From: Verrucomicrobiota bacterium
GTDB lineage: Bacteria; Verrucomicrobiota; Verrucomicrobiia; Opitutales; Coraliomargaritaceae
Direction: 5' to 3'
NCBI GenBank assembly: GCA_039815375.1
Contig: JBCBZJ010000034.1
Span: forward strand, 1 to 25,861
Length of the DNA: 25,861 nt
Position numbers and translations under genes: made by a program. Under the pieces are notes generated by a model that made no database searches, was not told where the DNA came from, and was given only the letters and a program-made list of their open reading frames with translations. Below are positions 1-9,011 of the stretch, in pieces; position 1 is the first letter of the stretch, and the number at the start of each line of letters is the position of its first letter.

Positions 1-114
1 CGTCTTTCCACTTTTCAATTCCACAATGGCAGAACGCTCCTCTCCTTGATAAAAAACATCCAATCGACCTTGAATACCATAAGTTTCAGTCAAAATGCGA
101 AAAATATCAGCCAT
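1..114 (-). CDS. Partial or truncated PD-(D/E)XK nuclease segment (Dna2/Cas4-like), runs off left edge
   Basis: Manual translation: MADIFRILTETYGIQGRLDVFYQGEERSAIVELKSGKT, with GRLD...ELKSGK motifs; in-frame stop upstream at 145-147. Not in the ORF track. Confidence 0.5.
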   Translation of the reverse strand, partial: MADIFRILTETYGIQGRLDVFYQGEERSAIVELKSGKT

Positions 115-208
115 CCCCTCCAGCCAATTCCAAAGCAAAGCAACTCACTGGAACCCGCCTGCGTTTGTAATAAATAATTTCATCAGCCCTCTCCGAGAGA
201 AGATCACC

Positions 209-571
209 ATGATCTCGTATTTCAATTCGAACGATTGCGAAACACGACTTTTCATCGAGAACGAGTCGATGATCCGAACCTTGATTGACCTACCAGACTA
301 TTCCACCGAGGTAGAAATCTTTAGCGAGCCAACCAAAATTCCGGAGATTGGACGCCACGAGCACGTAGCGTACGTATCAACGATAAGGGTCAAGGAAAGA
401 AGCCCAAGCACCTGGAGCCACAAATTCAAGCCACGCCGCTCTTTCAGAAATGGCAGTTCGGGCGTCTATCTTGTCGGTGATTTCAAACAGTATTTGGTTC
501 ACATGGGAAAGACCACTGGAATCGACTACTGGACTTGCCGAAATGCGTTTTACCGCCCTCCCGTCGTGTAG
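209..571 (+). CDS. Hypothetical protein
   Basis: ORF 95..571, ATG at 209 taken as the likelier start; no recognisable motif; overlaps the opposing ORF 377..901. Confidence 0.35.
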   Translation: MISYFNSNDCETRLFIENESMIRTLIDLPDYSTEVEIFSEPTKIPEIGRHEHVAYVSTIRVKERSPSTWSHKFKPRRSFRNGSSGVYLVGDFKQYLVHMGKTTGIDYWTCRNAFYRPPVV

Positions 572-901
572 CCTACCCGATTTAAGTGTAACCCAACAAA
601 AACTTCCTCTACCCCCATCGCCGTATTTTAATTCTAGGAAAACATCAGAAAGTGTCGTGGTGTTGACACGTGCAAACACACGAGCGATCGACTGCTCTGC
701 TCCGAATGAGTCATCTATGATCAGCAACGACTCAAAACCACTGCTCCACCTAGGAATCTCCAATCCCGCTAGATCTTTGACCTCAGAAAGAAAGCTCTTG
801 CCAGTACCGCCAGCAGCCCTGCTCTTTTTAACAGCATTTGCAAAATTTTGCACCACAGACAGATAGGGGAGGGTCACTGATTGCTTCCTTAACTTTTTCA
901 C
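377..901 (-). CDS. Hypothetical protein
   Basis: GTG start with AGAGG 5 nt upstream; same strand as the T4SS cluster; contains AAGGTGKS and LLIIDD. Confidence 0.5.
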   Translation of the reverse strand: MKKLRKQSVTLPYLSVVQNFANAVKKSRAAGGTGKSFLSEVKDLAGLEIPRWSSGFESLLIIDDSFGAEQSIARVFARVNTTTLSDVFLELKYGDGGRGSFCWVTLKSGRLHDGRAVKRISASPVVDSSGLSHVNQILFEITDKIDARTAISERAAWLEFVAPGAWASFLDPYR

Positions 902-1015
902 AATAACCTCTATCTATAGCAAATTTACCTTCCCTCATCAATACATTTTTTCGGAGTATTGAAGCCAAACTCCAAAGTTGAAAAATTCACCAAACAGAAG
1001 AAACGACACCTTCAC

Positions 1016-1972
1016 TCACAGAATCTGTATGTAGAATTCAGCCCCTGACGGCAAAAAATAGATTTCGCCCGAGTTGGATTCATCATCTTCGAAGCCATCT
1101 AAATCCCAAGGGTCATCAACTGTCGGAAGTTCCAGTTCCCTCAAAATTTCGACCTGCGATTTTCTTACAGCGATAGGACGGACAATATCCTCAAGAAAGC
1201 GTTCGATCTTATGAACCTTCGGCTCATAAGTAATTTCAAGTGGTTCCATGCGAAGCCCTGTCACACCATCTAAAGCCCCATAAATCCTCTTAATCGGGTC
1301 GTAATCGCGTTCCTGTAAGTGCCCGTTTAAGGCATACCGATCTTTACCATCAATAATTACACGCCAATCCTGATCAAAGGAGGCCTGCCCACCACGCATA
1401 CTTTTGATTTGGCCAATCAATCTTGCTCGTGACGGCAGTATCGTTCTGGCATTAATCACCAGCGGCTTGACTAGCTCTCCATACACCGGCTGTTCCTTAT
1501 TTGAGAATCTTGAATCAACCGGCTTGAGCAATCGGGCATAGACCATCGTGCCAACAGGCAAATTGAGCTGCGGAATCTCCACCGCATGCTCAACTTCATC
1601 AGAAGCAACAATATGCTCAAACTTAATCAAGGCTGTTGTTGAAGCCTTCGCATCTTCGTCAGCGATTTCCCTTATTGGTGGATAAGCGACTTCAGAGCCT
1701 TCCTCAATAAACGACGGCCGATCCCGTAGTTTCTGATAGCCTTCATAGACCTTCTTGACCACAGGATCGCTCTCCTTCCTCTCAGCCTGAGATTCCACCC
1801 ATTCAACGGCAGAGGCTTTGCTTGGCTCAACTGTATTCCAACGCGGTTCAAGCGGTTCTTCAGGCGAACTCTGATGATTTAGAAAATCCCAGACCACCAC
1901 GCCAGCCAAAGCAACAGTGAGAATAATAAAGGCAATTACTTGCCCACGTTTTGTTTTGATCAGCTTATTCAT
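1016..1972 (-). CDS. TrbI/VirB10-like T4SS core protein
   Basis: ATG 1972 with GGAG upstream; N-terminal TM (VIAFIILTVALAGVVVW), charged linker, then LPVGTMVYARLLKPVDS...PVYGELVKPL...ILPSRARLIG resembling the VirB10 barrel start; last gene of the cluster. Confidence 0.7.
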   Translation of the reverse strand: MNKLIKTKRGQVIAFIILTVALAGVVVWDFLNHQSSPEEPLEPRWNTVEPSKASAVEWVESQAERKESDPVVKKVYEGYQKLRDRPSFIEEGSEVAYPPIREIADEDAKASTTALIKFEHIVASDEVEHAVEIPQLNLPVGTMVYARLLKPVDSRFSNKEQPVYGELVKPLVINARTILPSRARLIGQIKSMRGGQASFDQDWRVIIDGKDRYALNGHLQERDYDPIKRIYGALDGVTGLRMEPLEITYEPKVHKIERFLEDIVRPIAVRKSQVEILRELELPTVDDPWDLDGFEDDESNSGEIYFLPSGAEFYIQIL

Positions 1973-1985
1973 CTCAAAATCTCCA

Positions 1986-2957
1986 TTAAGATGCAAAGGC
2001 CAACACGACAACGGCACCGACTGCTAGAACTTTAACGCCATGCCCGACCCATTTGTTAAGGTTTTCGCCAATTTTTGAGCCTTTGGAAGGCCGTTGAATG
2101 GGAAGGTCTTCAGTAACCTTGAGACTGAAATCATTGAACAAATCAATGTGCCCTGGTTTGCCCTGACCATTGCCGATCAAAACGCCAACAAAGCGAAGTG
2201 GCTGCTTCGTGCGCTTCAAGTCGCGGCCTAGTTCAAAATGATTGAATGCGTAGTAGGCCTTGCCATTGATTTCCAATTGGATGTTGTGCTGCCGACTGCC
2301 TTTGCTCGCTTGAATGTCAGCTGGAAATTCCACTCGACCAACAAAAACTAAAGTGTCTTCCTTACCGAATTTAACGGCCCTTTCCAATACGTAATGATAG
2401 GAACCAACAGCTACGTTCGCATTTAGAGTGTGTGATTCACTGCCATTATAAAGCTCAGGCAATTGTTTTTTTAGGAAGGCCTCTTCCTTCGCGAGCCGGA
2501 TCAGTTCCATCATCCGCGGCTTTGATGGCAAACGCACCAAATCCTCGACATCGGATAGCTCCAACTTGGAGCTGACTTCCAGCCCAACCGTGTCCTTATC
2601 ACGAAATCGCACCACCGAAGCAGGCAGATCACTGCCTTTAAATTGGATCACATAGACCTTTCCACCCACCATGACCTGCATCAGAACACTGAAACGGCTG
2701 ACAAGCGGTTTTAGTGTGATCGTCTTGCGAGCGGCACCTACCTGATACTGCACTTGCCCTTCGCCTTCATTGACAAGGCCACTGCCGGACAGATGTTCAA
2801 TTTGATGCGGGAAGACCAGCAGCGTCTCGACAGCACGGTTTAGATCAACCTGAAGAATGTGGTTCTCTTCGAGAATCAAATCCTTTGGTGCCTTAGGCTC
2901 GTAGGCTTGGGTTAATGTCATTAGTAGTGTGAATAGAATAGTTAGTTTAATTTTCAT
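1986..2957 (-). CDS. VirB9/TraK-like exported T4SS core protein
   Basis: Signal peptide; VETLLVFPHQIEHL beta-rich N-domain; position between the VirB8-like and VirB10-like genes; 4-bp overlap with the upstream gene. Confidence 0.6.
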   Translation of the reverse strand: MKIKLTILFTLLMTLTQAYEPKAPKDLILEENHILQVDLNRAVETLLVFPHQIEHLSGSGLVNEGEGQVQYQVGAARKTITLKPLVSRFSVLMQVMVGGKVYVIQFKGSDLPASVVRFRDKDTVGLEVSSKLELSDVEDLVRLPSKPRMMELIRLAKEEAFLKKQLPELYNGSESHTLNANVAVGSYHYVLERAVKFGKEDTLVFVGRVEFPADIQASKGSRQHNIQLEINGKAYYAFNHFELGRDLKRTKQPLRFVGVLIGNGQGKPGHIDLFNDFSLKVTEDLPIQRPSKGSKIGENLNKWVGHGVKVLAVGAVVVLAFAS

Positions 2958-3550
2958 ACGGAAGGAATGGCTTTGGTTTTAAGGTTGAAGTTATAAACGA
3001 TTGTCGGGTAACGACCGTTTTGGAGCATGCTGCGGTTGAGCACGAAATGGAGTTGGCACTCAAAATCCAAAGCCTCGACGAAGATCTTATTCATGAACTC
3101 GCCTGTGCGGATGAGCTGCCCAGTCACCAGAATGAGCACAGAGTCGTTCTTCATCTTCAGCTGGCGTATTTCAGCGATACTGACCTTCTGGTGAATCGAG
3201 CGGTTCTTAAAATCGACAGCTTCACCATCAATGATCTGTTTCGCCTTAGGCAAGGCCTCTGGATGGAACAGATGCTTCAATCGGTCCTGACTATCAATCC
3301 CACCCGGCCCACGGTTGAGCAAAGTTTCGCAGGCGAGCTGCGCTTGGTCGAAGTGCAGGCCATGTGCTTCTTCGAAGGTAAAAGACTTCGGAAGGTAGAA
3401 GCAGCTCTCGTCTATAACCAGATATTCATATTGCTTCTGATCGGTAATCGATTGAATCAGGAAATAGCGTTCGGCGGTAAAGCCGATCACCGTCAATAGA
3501 TAAACCGCACAAAGAATGAGCGTCATATAATTTTTCAGTTTGTTCATCAT
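2954..3550 (-). CDS. VirB8/TrbF-like T4SS protein
   Basis: Single N-terminal TM, about 200 aa, C-terminal ILVTGQLIRTG...LNRSMLQNGRYPTIVYNF pattern; follows the VirB6-like gene. Confidence 0.65.
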   Translation of the reverse strand: MMNKLKNYMTLILCAVYLLTVIGFTAERYFLIQSITDQKQYEYLVIDESCFYLPKSFTFEEAHGLHFDQAQLACETLLNRGPGGIDSQDRLKHLFHPEALPKAKQIIDGEAVDFKNRSIHQKVSIAEIRQLKMKNDSVLILVTGQLIRTGEFMNKIFVEALDFECQLHFVLNRSMLQNGRYPTIVYNFNLKTKAIPSV

Positions 3551-3559
3551 TTCAGTGAG

Positions 3560-4597
3560 TTAGCGTGATTGATTGTAGATTGCTTCGGCCTGTTGGCTGT
3601 AATTGCCCCGTGGTGGCGTGGCTCGGCTACCAAGATAACCAGCCGCAACGCCAATAAACGCTGGTGGAAGAGTGCTTGAAGAACCTGCGGAGCTGCTTAC
3701 AAACCCAGCAGCTCCAGACGTAGCGGCAGCAGCTCCGGCCCAGCCTTTGCCGGCTCCCATCATAGATGCTGTAACTGCGCCCCCGACGGCATGGGTTCCC
3801 GCAGTCGCGATAGATGTCACAAAGTTCTTTACCAAACTGGCACCGGCATTAACGCCCGTGGAGAGCATCTTATGGATCACCAGCGGTGCTGCGATCGCGC
3901 TGAAAATGAGCCAAAGACTTAATAGCAGAACAGACCAGAAAGCATTACTGTTGAGTTCGCCTTCTGGCCCTGCACTTAATTGGATCAGACTTTGCGAAAC
4001 AACATTCGCAATTGCCCAGCCAAGCGGCCAGAAGGCCACACTGAACATTCCCATGAAAAACTTCCCTGCGACTGGACGCAGCACTTCCAGCATAAAGAAA
4101 GCCACAAACACTGGAGCAACGGCAGTGCCATAGATCAGTAAAACCTGCTGCAACCACTGAAGTAGGTAGCTAACTGCCCACGCGCACTGAGACCCGACGT
4201 ATACGAATGCGTAGGAGATGGCTTCTCCTAAACCAACATCACGGGATAGGATGATGTCCCAAAAACCAATCGGTTTATTGGCATCCTCACCACTACTCAG
4301 GATAAGCTCTGCAAAATCATGATGCAATGTGCTGGGCGATGCATCGATATGCTCGATAAAGGCATAAGCAAAACGCTGAAGATCGTTCATCAAATCAGGC
4401 AGAATTCCGATCATCAGCGCACAGACAGATACGCCAAGCAAAGCGCGTAGTATCTGCCCAGCATCGCCAAACATGCTCCAGCCGACCTTGAGGCTGAAAC
4501 CAATGAAAAGCAGAGCGATGACAATCGGTTTAGTCTGGCCGAAAAGCGTGATCGCACTGGCATAGAGTTCAGGGAGTTGAGTTTCGAGATTAGTCAT
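3560..4597 (-). CDS. VirB6/TrbL-like polytopic inner-membrane protein
   Basis: Multiple hydrophobic segments (APVFVAFFML, SVAFWPLGWAI) and a Gly/Ala/Ser-rich C-terminal tail. Confidence 0.8.
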   Translation of the reverse strand: MTNLETQLPELYASAITLFGQTKPIVIALLFIGFSLKVGWSMFGDAGQILRALLGVSVCALMIGILPDLMNDLQRFAYAFIEHIDASPSTLHHDFAELILSSGEDANKPIGFWDIILSRDVGLGEAISYAFVYVGSQCAWAVSYLLQWLQQVLLIYGTAVAPVFVAFFMLEVLRPVAGKFFMGMFSVAFWPLGWAIANVVSQSLIQLSAGPEGELNSNAFWSVLLLSLWLIFSAIAAPLVIHKMLSTGVNAGASLVKNFVTSIATAGTHAVGGAVTASMMGAGKGWAGAAAATSGAAGFVSSSAGSSSTLPPAFIGVAAGYLGSRATPPRGNYSQQAEAIYNQSR

Positions 4598-5394
4598 GGG
4601 TTGAACAGGGTTGGCCCACTTGGAAAGCGGTAGGTGTTAAGGCTTTTGCGCATTCCGACCTTCAGGGTCGCGCGTTGCTCTTGATCACGAGCTTTCTGGG
4701 CAATTTCGGTCTCAGCCTGATTTTGCAGGTGACGGGTCATGGCTGCGGAAGCTGCCAGATCAATTTCACGGGATACTTCAGCGCGCTGTGCATTTAGAGA
4801 GCTGATAACAACGGCCAGCTTCTCAACTTCACTCGCAGTCGATGCACCTTCCAGCTTACGCAAAGCCACCTGTAAATCGCGATCAATGGCATTACGCTTC
4901 TCTAGCGCTTCATTCTGAAGCTTATGATATTCCAGAAAGCCCTGTCGCGCCGCCAGATCCGGCTTATAAACTGACGTATCGCGAGCGGTCACTACTTCTC
5001 CATCCACAGTGATGTCTTTGGAGATCGGATCATATACATCCTGATCAATGAACAGGATATCATCAGAGAGTAAGCGTCTCAGCTCTTTGCTCGACTTGGA
5101 CACAGGTAGCTCACGGACAAGCTGGTATAGGTCCTTGAGTTCCTGTAACCGGATTTGGGCTGGATTTCCAAAACGATCCAAGTAGTCATCCAGCTGCGCT
5201 ATCTGCGAGGTCAGTTGCAAGATTTGCTGACGCTGGTTTTGCACCTGTGTGATTTGCTGCGCCAGATCTCGACGTGAGTTTACGATTTCCGTATAAATCG
5301 CACGAAAATCGATGACCGGATAAGCTGCCTGCACTTGTGTGCCAACGCTAAGCAAAGCAGCCAGCACAAATACGATTGGTATAATTGCTTTCAT
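4594..5394 (-). CDS. VirB5/TrbJ-like minor pilin
   Basis: Signal peptide then AYPVID and a Gln-rich coiled coil (QQITQVQNQRQQI); directly upstream of the VirB6-like gene with 4-bp overlap. Confidence 0.75.
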   Translation of the reverse strand: MKAIIPIVFVLAALLSVGTQVQAAYPVIDFRAIYTEIVNSRRDLAQQITQVQNQRQQILQLTSQIAQLDDYLDRFGNPAQIRLQELKDLYQLVRELPVSKSSKELRRLLSDDILFIDQDVYDPISKDITVDGEVVTARDTSVYKPDLAARQGFLEYHKLQNEALEKRNAIDRDLQVALRKLEGASTASEVEKLAVVISSLNAQRAEVSREIDLAASAAMTRHLQNQAETEIAQKARDQEQRATLKVGMRKSLNTYRFPSGPTLFNP

Positions 5395-5400
5395 GACGAC

Positions 5401-5715
5401 TTATTGCTCAACGAGCACTTTGATAGGAAGATGGTGCGAAGTAATCTTCACCCCCTGCTCATTCACATGGGCAGGAACCTGGATCATGTGATACTCTTCG
5501 CGGACTTGCTTGCCTGCGCCATCACTCTGGCGCTGATGCTCCTGCACCCGAATATACTGGGAGACGGCATCGTCATAGCCGCGTTGACGGAGTTTTTCAC
5601 CAATGTCTTCAACCTGACCTTCAGAATAAAGGCCAACGGTTGAGCAGGCACTATTAAACAGCAAAGGGAGCGCAATCAGCGCCCCCTTGAGTAGATGTGT
5701 GTGTGTATTTTTCAT
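5401..5715 (-). CDS. Small lipoprotein of the T4SS cluster
   Basis: Lipoprotein-type signal ending LLFNSAC; 104 aa; lies between the virB4-like and virB5-like genes. Confidence 0.7.
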   Translation of the reverse strand: MKNTHTHLLKGALIALPLLFNSACSTVGLYSEGQVEDIGEKLRQRGYDDAVSQYIRVQEHQRQSDGAGKQVREEYHMIQVPAHVNEQGVKITSHHLPIKVLVEQ

Positions 5716-5739
5716 AGGTATCGTAGCTGGTACCTATAG

Positions 5740-5766
5740 ATGCACAGAGCTAATTTGATTTATCCG
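5740..5766 (-). promoter_or_regulatory. Candidate alternative-sigma promoter CGGATAAA-N12-TGTGCAT (copy 2)
   Basis: Minus strand CGGATAAA TCAAATTAGCTC TGTGCAT; 24 nt before ATG 5715; same boxes and spacing as 8956-8982. Confidence 0.65.
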
Positions 5767-5770
5767 TCAT

Positions 5771-8251
5771 TTAAGCAGATTTTTCGACTTCCGTGTAAAT
5801 CCCTTCCAGTGGGTCATCGTAGCCTGCCAACACTCCCGCACGTTCATCATAAGCCCCGCCCGATGTAGAGGAGACATAGAGCATCTCAGGGCTTGCAATA
5901 CTGTAAGCAGTGACTACGCGGCGGCGTTCATCACTGAAGCTGCAATGGAGGAAAGGTGCCCCCTTCTCCGGCGTTGGTGCTCCAAAGCGCATAAGGTTCT
6001 GCACAGAGGCCTCCGGCAATTGGAACGCATTTTGGAGTGCGCGTGCCTCAACCTCATACTTTTGCGCAAGAAGAAGTGCCTGACCGGAATTACCCAAAAT
6101 CGAAGTAGCTAGATCCTCTGGTAGCAGTGACACTTGCTGAATCGTTGTCAGCACTGCGCAATTATACTTACGCATGCGCTCCATCATATCACGCAAGAGA
6201 GCTTTACCACCTGGAATCTGAAGAAAGGCACCGAGCTCTTCAAAAACCGCTACTTTCCCAAGTTTACGGGGTAGTTCCATAATGTAAGAGCGTACCCATT
6301 CTGTGATGACGTAACTGGCAACTTGTTGTAGCTCGGTGTCAACATCGCTGATCTTACTCAGCTCGAAATGGATCACATCAGCATTGAGTGAAACAGTCCC
6401 CTGTCCGTCAAACAGTGTGTAACCTCCTCTGTCCTTCCGCCATTTTTCAAGAAGAACAATTAGCTTAAGCAGGTCATCTCGAAAATCATCCTCGGTTTTA
6501 AGTTTGGTTTCCAGCCAGTCATGGAAATCGGCATGAGTCGGTTGTTCGTCTACTGACATCTCCTTGAAAGCTTGCTGATAGCTCACTTCATCATCCTCAG
6601 AAGTGCTGCTCCACTTATCTCCCCAGTGTTGATAAAATTGACGAACGTAACGTGCGATCAGTGCTTTGCGAGTGTTGTCCCCAGTGGCATACTGCCCCGC
6701 CATCAGAGTTAAAATTTCAGTGGCACGGCGGCAATGCTTCCAAGTCAAAGATTTGCCTTCTGTGCTGAGGTAATTCAGCGTCTCATCACCATAGGCCTCA
6801 ATCACCAGAGTTTTCACACTACCGGGAAAGGTTTTGACGTAAGTTGCATAAGAGAACCCAACATCAACAATCACTAGCTTATCCCAATGTGGTTGAGTTT
6901 GCGTCAATAGCTCCATCTGAAGGCATGATTTACCACTGCCAGTCTTGCCTGCAATGAAAGTATGGATAGGTTCACGTTCAAACAGATTAACTCCATGCAG
7001 GGCATCATTGTTGCCGTTGAACAAAGCCTGATAAGGTGTATGTGAATAGGCACTGTTCCCAGCTACAGGCAGCAAGTGAGATAGGTTGATCGATTCCGTG
7101 TAATGGCGAAATGCCTTATCAACATAGGGCGAGCCAGGCGCGCAGGCCATCAGCACATTGCGGCAGGAAGTTGGCAGTTCAACGGCTTGAGCACTGGCAC
7201 CTTGAAGCATCTGAAAGGTCGCTTGGATCGCTTCCAACTTCTTCTCTAGCTCTTCTTTCGTCGGCTCCCATACGTGCGCGTAGAATTGCAAATGAAAGGG
7301 ACGAACATCACCATTCATCAGGCGGCGAATTCGCTCACGTTTTACAGCGACAGTATTAGACAAGCTCGTCTGCTTGCTGGTTGCAACAGCACGGCTCAGC
7401 TTGGCGATTTCACGTTCTTCTTTCGCAATAACACTCTGCGGATCGACTGGCTCAATGGCCAGAACGAGTGAGTAGTTGCCGAATGGAAGATTGCACAGCG
7501 GCAAGACACAGCCAGAAGCGGTCGCCTGTGGCAATCGATTCATACCCACAAATCCATGATACTGCTCATTGCAGTAGATTGAACCGCGCCCCTTTCGTGG
7601 AATCTCGATATCATTAGTCAGACAGTTCTCCAATATGCTTTTCTCTCGATCAATCTGAACTGGCGCTACCGTCTTCCCACACTGACTAGGATCGAAGTGC
7701 TCTTTCAAACTATGACCGAAATCATCCTCATTCATCAAACGTGCATCTCCACTGGCACGTTCAAAACCACGAATGACTTCAGACAGAGAGCGACTAAGCT
7801 CTTTTTTAGCAGCGCCAATCCATTCTGCATAACGCATAGTATTACCAGATACTTCTACCTGCTTAATCAGGTAAAGCTCGGCTCTGGTTGAACGGAGATA
7901 CCCTTTATGCATAGCCTGACTAAGCCTCACGTAGTGGAAGTCTCGCTGGCGAAGACTCCACTCAGCAGACGACAAGCTCCGCGAATGTTCATAGAATTCA
8001 TTCAGCTCTGCCTTGAGATTAGTATATGAGCGAAAAATCAGCTGCATACGCATATCAGGCCCGATTGCATTATGCAGAACAACTTGTAGCTCGTTCATGA
8101 TCTGATTGAGCAGACTTGTTGGCGCATTCTCAAGGTTTGGGAAAGCTCCCAAAATACCTTGAACGATCTGAACGCTTCCGCTGGTTACATCACCATAGAT
8201 TAAAGTGTCGGCATCAAACCGTCCGTCGAGTTGCTTAAGATTCATTATCAT
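5771..8251 (-). CDS. virB4: VirB4-family conjugal transfer ATPase
   Basis: 826 aa; HTFIAGKTGSGKS Walker A, LVIVDVGFSY, VAVFEE Walker B, RKYNCAVLTTIQQ, ILGNS motifs. Confidence 0.92.
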   Translation of the reverse strand: MIMNLKQLDGRFDADTLIYGDVTSGSVQIVQGILGAFPNLENAPTSLLNQIMNELQVVLHNAIGPDMRMQLIFRSYTNLKAELNEFYEHSRSLSSAEWSLRQRDFHYVRLSQAMHKGYLRSTRAELYLIKQVEVSGNTMRYAEWIGAAKKELSRSLSEVIRGFERASGDARLMNEDDFGHSLKEHFDPSQCGKTVAPVQIDREKSILENCLTNDIEIPRKGRGSIYCNEQYHGFVGMNRLPQATASGCVLPLCNLPFGNYSLVLAIEPVDPQSVIAKEEREIAKLSRAVATSKQTSLSNTVAVKRERIRRLMNGDVRPFHLQFYAHVWEPTKEELEKKLEAIQATFQMLQGASAQAVELPTSCRNVLMACAPGSPYVDKAFRHYTESINLSHLLPVAGNSAYSHTPYQALFNGNNDALHGVNLFEREPIHTFIAGKTGSGKSCLQMELLTQTQPHWDKLVIVDVGFSYATYVKTFPGSVKTLVIEAYGDETLNYLSTEGKSLTWKHCRRATEILTLMAGQYATGDNTRKALIARYVRQFYQHWGDKWSSTSEDDEVSYQQAFKEMSVDEQPTHADFHDWLETKLKTEDDFRDDLLKLIVLLEKWRKDRGGYTLFDGQGTVSLNADVIHFELSKISDVDTELQQVASYVITEWVRSYIMELPRKLGKVAVFEELGAFLQIPGGKALLRDMMERMRKYNCAVLTTIQQVSLLPEDLATSILGNSGQALLLAQKYEVEARALQNAFQLPEASVQNLMRFGAPTPEKGAPFLHCSFSDERRRVVTAYSIASPEMLYVSSTSGGAYDERAGVLAGYDDPLEGIYTEVEKSA

Positions 8252-8576
8252 TTCCTTTCTTTTTTATGACACGTAGGAGTGGTGTTTTGGTCAGGCGAAG
8301 CACTTGAAGCTCGACCCAATCCAAGAGGTAATTGTCTGGTTTGTTGATCACTAGCCGGGTCAGGACGATAGCTGTAATGATGGGGAGGATTCCGCTAATC
8401 AGCGCACTGCTCAGCAGCGGCCATCCCTGCTCCTTGACCAGCAAGTAGAGTAAAAAAAAGCCGCCGAATAGTGCGGCGGCTTGGATGTAGATTGCTGCCC
8501 CGGTAAATGGGCCGATGCGTATCTGGCTCTCGGTGCCCTCATTCGTCGGCACCCATTCGGTGTTTTCGTCTTCCAT
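8235..8576 (-). CDS. VirB3-like membrane protein
   Basis: 113 aa, two TM segments followed by NKPDNYLLDW; overlaps the virB4 start. Confidence 0.7.
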   Translation of the reverse strand: MEDENTEWVPTNEGTESQIRIGPFTGAAIYIQAAALFGGFFLLYLLVKEQGWPLLSSALISGILPIITAIVLTRLVINKPDNYLLDWVELQVLRLTKTPLLRVIKKKGNDNES

Positions 8577-8590
8577 GGTAATGGTTCTGG

Positions 8591-8929
8591 TTAGATTTCG
8601 ATGAAGCCTTCAATTTCGATGCCACTATCGGCATCGCCGAAAAGGCTGACTACAATAACGTAAGCTGCCCCCATTAGGCCGGCAGCGCAGACTCCCATCA
8701 ATGCCAATCTAACGTCCCCTTGATTTAGCTGGAACGCAGCATACATTAGCCCAATTACAGCGAACAGAATTGAAATCAGCCGAAACATATTCAGCACGCG
8801 GGTCATAAATGCTTCAACGCCCACTTGCGCAATAATTGCGCCGTTATCGCCGAAGGCATTAAGAAAATCCAGAGCCAGATTAGGTGTAATTAAGTCATTC
8901 ATATTTATGTGATAGTTGATTGCAGACAT
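8591..8929 (-). CDS. VirB2/TrbC-like pilin
   Basis: Leader followed by two hydrophobic helices separated by FQLNQGD; first gene of the virB2-3-4 order. Confidence 0.7.
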   Translation of the reverse strand: MSAINYHINMNDLITPNLALDFLNAFGDNGAIIAQVGVEAFMTRVLNMFRLISILFAVIGLMYAAFQLNQGDVRLALMGVCAAGLMGAAYVIVVSLFGDADSGIEIEGFIEI

Positions 8930-8955
8930 TTCGTTGTGGTTGCCTGTAATCTGCT

Positions 8956-8982
8956 ATGCACATGCAGGGAGAGCTTTATCCG
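8956..8982 (-). promoter_or_regulatory. Candidate alternative-sigma promoter CGGATAAA-N12-TGTGCAT (copy 1)
   Basis: Minus strand CGGATAAA GCTCTCCCTGCA TGTGCAT; 26 nt before ATG 8929. Confidence 0.65.
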
Positions 8983-9011
8983 AAATTCTCTCCGCCAATC
9001 TCGACTTCTGT

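Noticed and set aside
913..941. Sigma-70-like TTGATG-N17-TATAGA before ORF 901 (minus)
   Set aside because: The -10 lacks the final T and the implied TSS would cut off the AGAGG RBS; too weak to call.
5317..5344. CGGATAAG...TGTGCCA near-match to the T4SS motif on the plus strand
   Set aside because: Antisense inside the virB5-like CDS, spacer 13 and mismatches in both boxes.
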